A stretch of 64,000 nt of DNA from a bacterium (GTDB lineage Bacteria > Patescibacteriota > Minisyncoccia > JAHIHE01). The stretch lies in the NCBI GenBank assembly GCA_030693205.1, contig JAUYBG010000019.1, positions 14,496-78,495 of the forward strand, written 5' to 3'. How positions within the stretch are numbered: the stretch's first letter is position 1; every line of letters starts with the position of its first letter. The position numbers were made by a program, and so were the translations under genes. Positions 29,158 through 38,221 of this stretch are shown here, in pieces. The notes below the pieces were generated by a model. That model saw only the letters and a program-made list of their open reading frames with translations, did no database searches and was not told where the DNA came from.

Positions 29158-30579
29158 ATGCTCACGAAAAAACAAAAAAATGTTCTTGATTATATTCAGG
29201 AATATTTTCAAAAAAATGGTTTTAGCCCTTCGTATAATGAAATAAGAAAACGGTTTAAGCTTTCTTCCGTTTCCACGGTGAATCATTATATAAAAATTCT
29301 TCAAAAAAAGGGATATATTAAACAAGAGAAAAATACCGCTCGCGCCGTAGAAGTTAATTCACATGAAAGTTTAGTTAGTATTCCGTTAAAGGGATACATC
29401 GCCGCCGGCCAGCCTATTGAAGCGGTTGAAGAATATGAAACAATAGCTGTGCCTAAAAATTTACTTTCTTCGTCTGGCAAGCATTTCGCTTTAAGTGTTA
29501 AAGGGGATAGCATGATTGACGAGGGTATTTTTGATGGCGACACTGTGATTATTAGAAAACAAAATACAGTTGAGAATGGAGAAACAGCAGTTGCATTGAT
29601 AAATGGCAATGAGGTTACTCTCAAAAAAATTTATAAAGAAAAAAACAGAGTTAGATTGCAACCTGCTAACCCTAAGCTAAATCCCTTTTTTGTAAAGAAC
29701 GTACTTATTCAGGGTAAGGTGATTAGTACTATTAGAACTATTGAGGAACGGGTGAAAAAGGAAAAAAAAGAGGAACCTGTTTATTACGAAAAACCAGGGT
29801 TTAAGCTTTATCAAGCAAATTGTTTGAATATTCTCGTTGCGCTTCCTGAAAATTCAGTTGATATGGTTTTCGCTGATCCGCCTTATCTTCTTTCTAACGG
29901 TGGTTTCACTGTTCACGCCGGGCGGCGCGTTAGTGTAAATAAAGGCGAATGGGATAAAAGTAATGGACTGAAGAAAGATTTTGAATTTCACCTCGAATGG
30001 ATACAAGCTGTCAGACGTGTATTAAAGCCGCAAGGCACGCTTTGGATTAGTGGAACTTATCACTCGATTTATCAATGCGGATTTGCGCTTCAAGTCGCGG
30101 GATTCCATGTTCTTAATGATATTGCGTGGTTTAAACCGAATGCATCGCCGAATCTTAGTTGCCGTTTTTTTACTGCTAGTCACGAAACACTTATTTGGGC
30201 TAGAAAAGATAAAAAAGCAAAGCATATTTTTAATTATGATTTAATGAAAAATGGTACTTGGCCGGAAGATGCGCTAAAGAAGCCGGGACTTCAAATGCGT
30301 TCAGTTTGGTCCATGGGAACGCCTAAACCAATCGAAAAGAAGTTTGGTAAGCATCCAACGCAAAAACCCGAAGATTTATTAAAAAGAATTGTGCTAGCAA
30401 GCACAAACAAAGGCGATCTTATTCTCGATCCTTTTACTGGAAGTTCAACAACGGGGATTGCGGCATATTTGTTCGGCAGAAAATTTATTGGTATAGATCT
30501 TGATAAAAAGTTTTTAGATGTATCAATAAAACGATTCGAGGAGTTAGATAAAAATTTGAAAAATAAAAAGCCAAAATGA
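29158..30579 (+). CDS. lexA: LexA repressor fused to an N6/N4 (beta-class, DpnA-like) DNA methyltransferase
   Basis: wHTH, IAAGQP cleavage site, GDSM and TLK catalytic dyad; then FADPPY, HPTQKP, DPFTGSSTT in one frame. Confidence 0.88.
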   Translation: MLTKKQKNVLDYIQEYFQKNGFSPSYNEIRKRFKLSSVSTVNHYIKILQKKGYIKQEKNTARAVEVNSHESLVSIPLKGYIAAGQPIEAVEEYETIAVPKNLLSSSGKHFALSVKGDSMIDEGIFDGDTVIIRKQNTVENGETAVALINGNEVTLKKIYKEKNRVRLQPANPKLNPFFVKNVLIQGKVISTIRTIEERVKKEKKEEPVYYEKPGFKLYQANCLNILVALPENSVDMVFADPPYLLSNGGFTVHAGRRVSVNKGEWDKSNGLKKDFEFHLEWIQAVRRVLKPQGTLWISGTYHSIYQCGFALQVAGFHVLNDIAWFKPNASPNLSCRFFTASHETLIWARKDKKAKHIFNYDLMKNGTWPEDALKKPGLQMRSVWSMGTPKPIEKKFGKHPTQKPEDLLKRIVLASTNKGDLILDPFTGSSTTGIAAYLFGRKFIGIDLDKKFLDVSIKRFEELDKNLKNKKPK

Positions 30580-30965
30580 AAAATACACATTCTATAAAAA
30601 TACCAGGTTATGTATCAGGATGGACTTATAAATACTTTCATCAGTCTGCCTATGAACCTCCTTGGAATTTTCCAAATAAAAAAGTTATTACATTTTTATT
30701 CCAATTTAAAAGAAAGGAAAAAATAAAACTTTTTAGAGGAATAAATAAGTACAATAAAGATACATCGTATATTGTGAGTTGGACATATGATAAAGAAATT
30801 GCATTAAACTACATAGAGGATGGTGGTAAAATTATTGAAAAGAATTTTTATTCAAATGATATTTTATTAGATACTACTGTACTGAATAACGAACAAAAGA
30901 TATTGTTGGGTTATGATTATAAAATTGACGATAAAGAAGTTTTAATAATAGAAAATAATAATTAA
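30576..30965 (+). CDS. hypothetical protein, possible ADP-ribosyltransferase fold
   Basis: LFRG ... SWT ... ILLD ... DKEVLI (R-S-E-like spacing); ATGA overlap with the upstream gene. Confidence 0.45.
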   Translation: MKNTHSIKIPGYVSGWTYKYFHQSAYEPPWNFPNKKVITFLFQFKRKEKIKLFRGINKYNKDTSYIVSWTYDKEIALNYIEDGGKIIEKNFYSNDILLDTTVLNNEQKILLGYDYKIDDKEVLIIENNN

Positions 30966-30974
30966 ATTAAAAAT

Positions 30975-31745
30975 ATGGCAAACGGTAGATCTTGGAAAAA
31001 AATATTTGATGATTATAAAATTCTAGATCATGATTTTAATGAATCGCCATTTTCACTTTCAGCAATGCAAATTAAAAAAGCTTGCCAAAGATTTAAGGAA
31101 ACTAGTGAAAAAGAGATTCGTATTTTATGCAAGCAAGATAGTAGAGAAGACAGACCAGACATTTTTCAGAAACATAATCTTTTTTTGCTTCCCGTAAAAA
31201 ATGGTTACTATAATATTATTAGGGGTGAGGGATATATTGATATTCCGGATATTAAAAAAGAAGTATCGATTTATCCTTCAAAACTCGACTTTATACCTGA
31301 CACAACAAAGGTTGGTAATTCAGAAATGCAGCACCTTGATTATGCTTACGCCGCTAGTTTAATACGAACATTTACAAACGATCCGTCGCTGGTATTAACT
31401 ATAAGGGGTAGAAAATATACTCCAGATTTTGATTTTTTTGTCGGAAAACAACAGATTAAAGTATCAAGCGTGCAAACAGAAGTTGACGCTGGTTATGAGG
31501 GAAAAAATCAAGTCGTGTTGATTGAGGCAAAAAATTTTAGTGCGATAAATGTTATTATTCGCCAACTTTATTATCCGTTTAGGCAATGGCAGGAAAAAAC
31601 AAAGAAAAAAGTTATTACACTTTTCTTCGATAAAAATCACAACGAAGATGTTTATTCTATATGGCAGTTTGAGTTTGAAGATCCAAAAAATTACAATAGT
31701 ATCAGGTTAGTAAAATCTGGTAAGTTTAGAATTAAGGATAAATAA
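30975..31745 (+). CDS. putative type II restriction endonuclease (PD-(D/E)xK)
   Basis: EVDAGYEG..LIEAK..RQLYYP nuclease-like motif; in an operon with the MTase. Confidence 0.7.
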   Translation: MANGRSWKKIFDDYKILDHDFNESPFSLSAMQIKKACQRFKETSEKEIRILCKQDSREDRPDIFQKHNLFLLPVKNGYYNIIRGEGYIDIPDIKKEVSIYPSKLDFIPDTTKVGNSEMQHLDYAYAASLIRTFTNDPSLVLTIRGRKYTPDFDFFVGKQQIKVSSVQTEVDAGYEGKNQVVLIEAKNFSAINVIIRQLYYPFRQWQEKTKKKVITLFFDKNHNEDVYSIWQFEFEDPKNYNSIRLVKSGKFRIKDK

Positions 31746-31846
31746 AGCTTAGAGTAGACTATTGCGGAAAAAGGTTTTAGTAAGATTAAAAAAAGAAGAT
31801 TGGAAGATCATGTTTTTTAAAATTGTTAAAATTAATTAAATAATTT

Positions 31847-33511
31847 ATGGCAACATTACAGGATTTTTCACTTTTAAACACCTACATTGAGAAGTATAAA
31901 AAAGATTATAAATTACAAAATCTAGCTACGGCCTTTCCTTTATTTGCCTTGGATGCAATTTTAAGCTTGCAAGAAGATGAAATGAAAGATTCTATAACCG
32001 ATGGTGGAAATGATGGTGGAATTGATGCAGTCTATATAGATGAACATTTATCTCCTGCAAAAATTTATTTCTTTCAGTTTAAATATAAAACAAAGTATGG
32101 AGGTATTAACTGTAATTTTCCAGCAGTCGAGATAGATAAAATTTTCAATACAATTAAAGATATTTTACATAAAGAAAAAAATTTAGAGAAATACGTTAAC
32201 CCTATATTATATCAAAAAATTAAGCACATATGGAATATATTTGAAAATGAAAATCCCAAATTCGTGATTTGCTTGTGTTCAAACTTAGAGAATAATTTAA
32301 TAAAAGCACAACAAGATCGTTTTGAACAACAAATTAATTCTTATCAAAATTTCCAAATAGAATATTATAATATAAATAATTTTGTTGCCCTAATTCTTAA
32401 TAAAGGGAAAAAGCAGATAGATGGAAAAATAAAAGCAATAGATACAAATTATTTTTCTAGGATTGATGGAACCGTAAGAGCGTTAATAGCAAATGTTGAT
32501 GCTGATGAATTATTAAGTTTGGTTAAGGACGAAACAAGTGGTAAAATAAAGGAGGATATTTTAAACGATAATGTAAGAATTTATTTACAGGCAAGGACTA
32601 GAATAAATAGAAGTATAAAAGATACCGCTTTAGATAAAGCAAATAATTATAAATTCTTTTATTTTAATAATGGTATTACTCTGACCTGCGATAGTTTTAC
32701 ATATACGCCTTCCCAGAGAGCACCTTTGATAGAACTAACAAATATTCAAATAGTTAATGGAGGACAGACAATTCATTCTTTGTATGATGCATACAAAGAG
32801 GATAAAGAAGCAATGAAAAGCATTACTCTTTTATTAAGAATTTATGAAACAAAAAATTTAGAACTATCACAACAAATAGCAGAGTACACAAATAGTCAAA
32901 ATCCAGTTAAGAGTAGAGATATAAGATCGAACGATTATATGCAGAAAAAATTAGAAAGCGAACTTTTGCAAAAAGGTTATTTTTATGAAAGAAAGAAAAA
33001 TTATTATAAAGATAAATCCAAAAATAAACGTTTGGATTCTGAAAAAATAGGACAGGTTTTAATGGCATTTTATAGTGAAATGCCAGCAGAAGCCAAAAAT
33101 AAAAAACAATTAATATTTAGCGATAAATACGAAGAAGTGTTTACTGATGATTTAACTGCAGAAAAGATTCTCTTACCTTTTCTGCTTTTTGATAAAATCG
33201 AAGGCGAGAAAAATAAAAAAAGGGTTAAAATATCCAAAATGAAAAGTGAACAAAAAATAGAAAAAGAGTCTTATGTTTTATATGGCTCTTATTATATTCT
33301 ATATTTTTTGAAAAAAATATCAGAAAAAAATGGATTATCCATTGATTACAAAAATAGAAATAAAATTTTTAACAATTATTTTATTGTTGTTAAAAAAATT
33401 AAAGAATTCATCGAGGAAGAAAAAAAAGAAAATGCGAAATATTTTCATGGCGATTTCTTTAAGGGTAATAAGCTTAAAGAAATGATCGAAAATTATATTT
33501 CTAATTATTAA
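31847..33511 (+). CDS. AIPR family protein
   Basis: DGGIDAV..QFK N-terminal nuclease-like part; NVRIYL, FFYFNNGIT, IVNGGQT, NSQNPV. Confidence 0.9.
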   Translation: MATLQDFSLLNTYIEKYKKDYKLQNLATAFPLFALDAILSLQEDEMKDSITDGGNDGGIDAVYIDEHLSPAKIYFFQFKYKTKYGGINCNFPAVEIDKIFNTIKDILHKEKNLEKYVNPILYQKIKHIWNIFENENPKFVICLCSNLENNLIKAQQDRFEQQINSYQNFQIEYYNINNFVALILNKGKKQIDGKIKAIDTNYFSRIDGTVRALIANVDADELLSLVKDETSGKIKEDILNDNVRIYLQARTRINRSIKDTALDKANNYKFFYFNNGITLTCDSFTYTPSQRAPLIELTNIQIVNGGQTIHSLYDAYKEDKEAMKSITLLLRIYETKNLELSQQIAEYTNSQNPVKSRDIRSNDYMQKKLESELLQKGYFYERKKNYYKDKSKNKRLDSEKIGQVLMAFYSEMPAEAKNKKQLIFSDKYEEVFTDDLTAEKILLPFLLFDKIEGEKNKKRVKISKMKSEQKIEKESYVLYGSYYILYFLKKISEKNGLSIDYKNRNKIFNNYFIVVKKIKEFIEEEKKENAKYFHGDFFKGNKLKEMIENYISNY

Positions 33512-33608
33512 AAGGCAAAGGCGTCAAGTACTTTATTTAATATCAAGTAGAAACAGCACACGAAATCTTGTTGTGAAAATTTAATAATAATTAATTTTTA
33601 TTATAGAC

Positions 33609-34325
33609 ATGCAATTTCTTAAAAAGCAGGCTGAAAAATTTGACAAAAAGGCGGAAAAAATATTGATACTTATTGTTCTCGTTTCTTTTTTAGTTGGTTA
33701 TTTTATTGGAAAAAATAATTCTTTAGATAGTTTGTATGGTTTCTTTATAGCTGGAATTTTCTTGGGAATAGTATCTATGCTTTTAGTTTTACAAAGAGAT
33801 AAATTTGTAAAAAAATCTAGGGATTATAGTAAAGGTTTTCAGGGAGAAAAATATTTTAAGGAATTTTTAGATCAGAACAAGAGTTTTTGTGGTTTTGAAT
33901 ACATTGATGATATAAAATTAGAGTATGGCAATGCCGATTTTTTAATTGTGAACGATAATGGAGTTTTTTGTATTGAAGTAAAAAATACTACAGGGAAAAT
34001 AACTTATGATGTTAAAAAAGATAGTTTGCTTTGTAACTTTAAACTTTTTGACAAGGATTATTTAAAGCAGGTTAAACGAAATTCTGTATTTATTCGTAAT
34101 ATTATCAAGGAAAAAATTAATGAATTTCAATATGTTCATCCGGTTTTAGTATTCTCAGGTCTTGGATCTAATTTGGAAACAGGTGAAAAAATAGGAGATG
34201 TTTATGTCTTGAGACCAGAAGAATTATTGATATTATTAAAGCAAAACATAAATCAAAAACTGAATAAAGAATTACAAGGTAAAATTATAAAATTGATGCG
34301 GGAATATAAAGAGTCGAAAAGATAA
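33609..34325 (+). CDS. 2-TM NERD-domain nuclease-related protein
   Basis: GFQGE, NADFLIV, FCIEVK, QVKRN. Confidence 0.8.
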   Translation: MQFLKKQAEKFDKKAEKILILIVLVSFLVGYFIGKNNSLDSLYGFFIAGIFLGIVSMLLVLQRDKFVKKSRDYSKGFQGEKYFKEFLDQNKSFCGFEYIDDIKLEYGNADFLIVNDNGVFCIEVKNTTGKITYDVKKDSLLCNFKLFDKDYLKQVKRNSVFIRNIIKEKINEFQYVHPVLVFSGLGSNLETGEKIGDVYVLRPEELLILLKQNINQKLNKELQGKIIKLMREYKESKR

Positions 34326-34394
34326 TTATCACACGCATCTTTAGTTCGCGTGAATGGTGGAAAATATATAATAAAAATTAGGATCAATTTTAAT

Positions 34395-34454
34395 TTATCG
34401 TTAAAAAATTCATATGGCGCGGATATTTAGTTTTGCTTTGGGAAATATTTGGCG
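34395..34454 (+). repeat. 60-bp direct repeat, copy 1
   Basis: TTATCGTTAAAAAATTCATATGGCGCGG...AATATTTGGCG identical to 35562-35621. Confidence 0.9.
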
Positions 34455-34460
34455 ATGGCA

Positions 34461-34552
34461 CTCCTTCGCTTACCTCCTACGCTCCTCTTTCGCCAAAGGC
34501 TTCAGAAGGACGCAGTAAAGCTACGGAAGGTCAAGAAAGCTTCGGAAGCGCA
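34461..34552. repeat. nested GC-rich palindromic (REP-like) insertions
   Basis: CCTCCTACGC..AAAGCTACGGAAGG, CTTTCGCCAAAGGCTTCAGAAGG and AAAGCTTCGGAAG units nested in AT-rich DNA. Confidence 0.6.
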
Positions 34553-34633
34553 CAGCGAAAATTTATCCCTCACCAAATAATTAATTCAAGATTTTTTTAA
34601 TTATTTAAACTGAGTTAATATTTTTATCCATCG

Positions 34634-34667
34634 ACTGACTTATATTGCTATAGCATAATTTTTCAGT
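34634..34667. repeat. 34-bp palindrome, copy 1
   Basis: ACTGA-N7-TGCTATAGCA-N7-TCAGT. Confidence 0.85.
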
Positions 34668-34718
34668 TGGTATCTTTCCATCGCGGCCGGGTTTTTTTAA
34701 AAAATCATTATTATTACT

Positions 34719-34752
34719 ACTGATTTTTCTTGCTATAGCATAAAAATTCAGT
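34719..34752. repeat. 34-bp palindrome, copy 2 (directly before a TATAAT)
   Basis: ACTGATTTTTCTTGCTATAGCATAAAAATTCAGT. Confidence 0.85.
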
Positions 34753-34843
34753 TATAATATAAAAAAGATGTCGTAAGGAAAAGACATAGCGATACGGTGG
34801 TATAATTTTCACAAAAACAGAATTAAGCAAAGAATTAAATAAA

Positions 34844-35413
34844 ATGAAAGAAAAAGCTATAAAAGCTTCCAAGATAATTTTAAAAGGCATATTATTAGGC
34901 GGCGCGGTTGCGATAGCTGCCACTTCGCCGAATTTTGTTCAAAAAATATTGCCCAAGATACTGAAACGGGCTTCCTTTGAGTGGAAAAAATACAAGAATA
35001 AGAAAAAGTTTTTAAATTCTTTTAACTATCTTAAAAGTTCCGGCCTGATCAATATGGAATACAAAGGTAATCAGTTATATGTGTCTCTGACCGAGGAAGG
35101 AAAAAAGAAGGTTAAAAAATACTGGATTGACGATCTCAAGATAACAAAACCGGAAAAATGGGATGGCAAGTGGAGAATTATGATCTTTGACGTAAAAGAT
35201 AAGCAAAAAATAAAAAGAGAAGCGCTGAGAGGCAAGATAAAGGAGCTTGGATTGTATCAGCTTCAAAAAAGCGTTTGGGTTTGTCCGTATAATTTTGAGA
35301 AAGAAGCGGGGATTTTAAGAGATTTTTTTGGGTTTAATTTTGAAGAAATGAAATTAATTATAGCTTCGGAAATAGAAGGGGATGGAGCAATCCGTCAACA
35401 TTTCAAGCTTTAA
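34844..35413 (+). CDS. PaaX-like / standalone Cas2-like protein (wHTH + ferredoxin-like domain)
   Basis: LKSSGLI..LTEEG wHTH; WDGKWRIMIFD, LGLYQLQKSVW. Confidence 0.8.
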   Translation: MKEKAIKASKIILKGILLGGAVAIAATSPNFVQKILPKILKRASFEWKKYKNKKKFLNSFNYLKSSGLINMEYKGNQLYVSLTEEGKKKVKKYWIDDLKITKPEKWDGKWRIMIFDVKDKQKIKREALRGKIKELGLYQLQKSVWVCPYNFEKEAGILRDFFGFNFEEMKLIIASEIEGDGAIRQHFKL

Positions 35414-35421
35414 TAACCATA

Positions 35422-35455
35422 ACTGAATTTTCTTGCCATAGCATAAATTTTCAGT
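35422..35455. repeat. 34-bp palindrome, copy 3
   Basis: ACTGAATTTTCTTGCCATAGCATAAATTTTCAGT, 8 bp after the stop codon. Confidence 0.85.
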
Positions 35456-35561
35456 TAGCGCATTGTATTTTTATATAAGTCAAGATAATTCAAGCGTTTG
35501 CTTGTTTGCCGACAGACACAAAATTCGGCGGTGATTTTTTGCCAAAAGTTTCTAATTTAAC

Positions 35562-35621
35562 TTATCGTTAAAAAATTCATATGGCGCGGATATTTAGTTT
35601 TGCTTTGGGAAATATTTGGCG
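35562..35621 (+). repeat. 60-bp direct repeat, copy 2
   Basis: Identical to 34395-34454. Confidence 0.9.
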
Positions 35622-35654
35622 GTGGAAATTTAGCAATGATTAATTTTAAAAAAC

Positions 35655-35960
35655 ATGGAGACAAATGAAAGTGAAAAATTTTTTACAAACGAAGAATACC
35701 ATAAGAATAATTATTTGGAGATGACTAGAAAAACAGAAGAACAAATGGCCGTAATTGAAGAAAAATACAAAAAGGGAAATGTTTTTATATGGGAAGGTTT
35801 TTTCAATGAAATAAAAGATATGGAACAAGCGGAAGTAAGTGCGTATATCAAAGAAGAACTTCAATATATGGAGCCAATAGATCGTTTAACCGTTAAAAGT
35901 TGCGTTGGAGTTCTTATGGCGAACGAAGCGGAAAAAAAGAAATATGGATTTACATATTAA
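35655..35960 (+). CDS. hypothetical protein
   Basis: ATG-initiated acidic ORF. Confidence 0.5.
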   Translation: METNESEKFFTNEEYHKNNYLEMTRKTEEQMAVIEEKYKKGNVFIWEGFFNEIKDMEQAEVSAYIKEELQYMEPIDRLTVKSCVGVLMANEAEKKKYGFTY

Positions 35961-36005
35961 AATATAAACGAGCGGTCGGTGTCTGCTTATTTAAATAGAT
36001 AAATT

Positions 36006-36656
36006 ATGAAAAAAACACAATCAATCATGTGGGGAATAATTTTGCTTTCTTTTGTCGTGGGAATCGCGCTTTATCAGGCGATGCCGGAAAAAATGGCTAC
36101 GCACTGGAACGCGGCCGGCGAAGTCAATGGCTATATGCCGAAAATTTTTGGTTTATTTTTCGTGCCTTATCTTTTGCTTTTTTTGCTCGGACTTTTTCTT
36201 TTGATCCCAAAAATAGATCCTTTGAAATCCAATATTGAGAAATTCCGGAAATATTACGACGGGTTTGTTGTTTTTTTGCTGGTATTTTTGTTTTATGTTC
36301 ACGCCTTAACTCTCGCATGGAATTTGGGAATTAGATTTAATATGACTACGGCGCTTTTGCCGGCTATGGGCTTGCTGTTTTATTATCTTGGAGTTATGAT
36401 GGAGAAGGCCAAGAGGAACTGGTTTATCGGCATCAGGACGCCCTGGACGCTGTCGAGCGACAGGGTATGGGATAAAACGCATAAGCTCGGAGCGAAACTT
36501 TATAAAGCGGCGGGAGTAGTGGCATTGTTTGCGATTTTATTTGGAAAATACGCGATATTCTTATTGATCATTCCGATAATTTTTTCCAGTGTTTACTTGT
36601 TTCTGTATTCGTATTGGGAATACAGGAAAGAAGCGGGAAATCATTTCGTTAAATAA
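36006..36656 (+). CDS. SdpI/DUF1648 family membrane protein
   Basis: ATHWNAAGEVNG, NWFIGIRTPWTLSSD.VWDKTH. Confidence 0.9.
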   Translation: MKKTQSIMWGIILLSFVVGIALYQAMPEKMATHWNAAGEVNGYMPKIFGLFFVPYLLLFLLGLFLLIPKIDPLKSNIEKFRKYYDGFVVFLLVFLFYVHALTLAWNLGIRFNMTTALLPAMGLLFYYLGVMMEKAKRNWFIGIRTPWTLSSDRVWDKTHKLGAKLYKAAGVVALFAILFGKYAIFLLIIPIIFSSVYLFLYSYWEYRKEAGNHFVK

Positions 36657-36682
36657 TTTTAATTTTTTAAATAATTAAAAAT

Positions 36683-37075
36683 ATGAAAGGATTTAGAGCG
36701 AATATCGAAAAAGCCACCTTGGAAAACAATAATTTTCGCAAGGTGCTATATACCGGAAAGCACAGCCAGTTGGTGCTGATGTCTTTGAAACCGCAGGAAG
36801 AAATCGGCATGGAAGCGCATCCGGACAACGATCAGTTCTTTCGTTTTGAAAAAGGACAAGGCAAGGTGATCATTGATGGAAACGAATATGATGTTCGCGA
36901 CGGCACGGTGATCGTGGTGCCGGCCGGAGCAAATCATAATGTGATCAATATTTCCGGCGTGGAAGATCTGAAGCTTTATACTATTTATTCGCCGGCGCAC
37001 CACAAAGATGGAATTGTCCGCGCGACCAAAGCGGAAGCCGATGGTCCGGAATTTGACGGAAAAACGACTGAATAA
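36683..37075 (+). CDS. cupin domain protein
   Basis: EIGMEAH..DQFF, VPAGANHNVIN. Confidence 0.9.
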   Translation: MKGFRANIEKATLENNNFRKVLYTGKHSQLVLMSLKPQEEIGMEAHPDNDQFFRFEKGQGKVIIDGNEYDVRDGTVIVVPAGANHNVINISGVEDLKLYTIYSPAHHKDGIVRATKAEADGPEFDGKTTE

Positions 37076-37183
37076 AAAAAAACGAATGGATCACGAGCGC
37101 CGGCGTCGCGCCGGCGCTTTTAATTTTCCCGAATTTGTGCTATTATAGTAAAATGTTTTAATATTAACTATTTTCAAATATTT

Positions 37184-37266
37184 AACCCGTTAGAAATATG
37201 CAATTTATTTTTAGCGCGATTTAATATTTTAATAAAGCAATTAACATGGGAATTTCTAATGGGTTG
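37184..37266. repeat. palindromic miniature element overlapping a gene start
   Basis: AACCCGTTAGAAAT...ATTTCTAATGGGTT. Confidence 0.75.
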
Positions 37267-37641
37267 CCAAGCATACAAGAAGCATTTAATCGCATCAGCC
37301 AGATAAAAAAAGAGCAGAAGAATGCCAAGGGCGCCTACAGAGACGCTTTGGAAAATTCGGATAATCACCGAAAAATTTCAGAGGAAATGAAATCTTTGAG
37401 GGAGAAAAAGAAACAAGCCGAAACGATTATCAAGAAAGAACTTGGCGATATGTATCAAAAGATCGAGGATTTGGATCTTGAGCTTAAAGGCCAAAAAGAA
37501 ATGATCGGCGACATCGCAATTTCGTCTTTGATGAAAGGGGATACAGTGGAAGTGAAGGATGAATATGGCAATTTTTACGAACCGGTTTGGTCGGTGAAAT
37601 TCAAGAAAAACGAAAGCAAGCATCCGGTAAGCGAGATTTAA
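37246..37641 (+). CDS. coiled-coil hypothetical protein
   Basis: Charged helical ORF ending YEPVWSVKFKK. Confidence 0.7.
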   Translation: MGISNGLPSIQEAFNRISQIKKEQKNAKGAYRDALENSDNHRKISEEMKSLREKKKQAETIIKKELGDMYQKIEDLDLELKGQKEMIGDIAISSLMKGDTVEVKDEYGNFYEPVWSVKFKKNESKHPVSEI

Positions 37642-37704
37642 ACTTTTAAACAGCGAAAACAAAAAACAACCGTAAATTTCGGTTGTTTTTTTATTGTGTA
37701 AAAA

Positions 37705-38136
37705 TTACTCTTCAAATATTTCAAAATCAATCTTTACGCCACGACTGTCTTTGAGGTCAGCCCAAACTAATGTAATTTTAATATTTGGATATTTTTTCAA
37801 GATCGCGTTGCGTGATTCTTCCATATCCTCGATTTGTTTTTCTTTTTCTTCGGCGGGAGAGTTGAAATGGTAGCTTTGGGCGTAAGCGCCGCAATCGCTA
37901 TGATGGCAAATTATAACTTTTTCCGCCTGGTGAAGTTCGGTGGAAACCGCGACATTACTAAGAAGATTATTTTTTAATTCTTCGCTACCGTCAGCCAGTA
38001 CTTTGCTTGCTCCGGCCAAAGAAATTACATCATGTCCGCCTTCAAAAAGGCCGGATTTGTCAACCCATTCATCTATCGCGTTATTTAAGCGGAAATCCAT
38101 GCAGCGGATCAATAAGTTTTTACAAGTGTGAGACAT
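37705..38136 (-). CDS. small beta-carbonic anhydrase-like protein
   Basis: CMDFR and HSDC Zn-ligand motifs; TTGACA-17-TATACT promoter on the minus strand. Confidence 0.8.
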   Translation of the reverse strand: MSHTCKNLLIRCMDFRLNNAIDEWVDKSGLFEGGHDVISLAGASKVLADGSEELKNNLLSNVAVSTELHQAEKVIICHHSDCGAYAQSYHFNSPAEEKEKQIEDMEESRNAILKKYPNIKITLVWADLKDSRGVKIDFEIFEE

Positions 38137-38221
38137 TTGAGTAAATTAAAGTTAAATATAAATAAGTATAGTAAATTTTTGGAAAAATGTCAAAAAAAAT
38201 AAGAAGAATGTTTTTTCTAGT

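Noticed and set aside
34634-35455. CRISPR array or CRISPR-Cas locus (repeats plus a Cas2-like gene)
   Set aside because: Only three diverged, fully symmetric repeats with irregular spacing, one beyond the gene; no cas1 or effector genes in the window.
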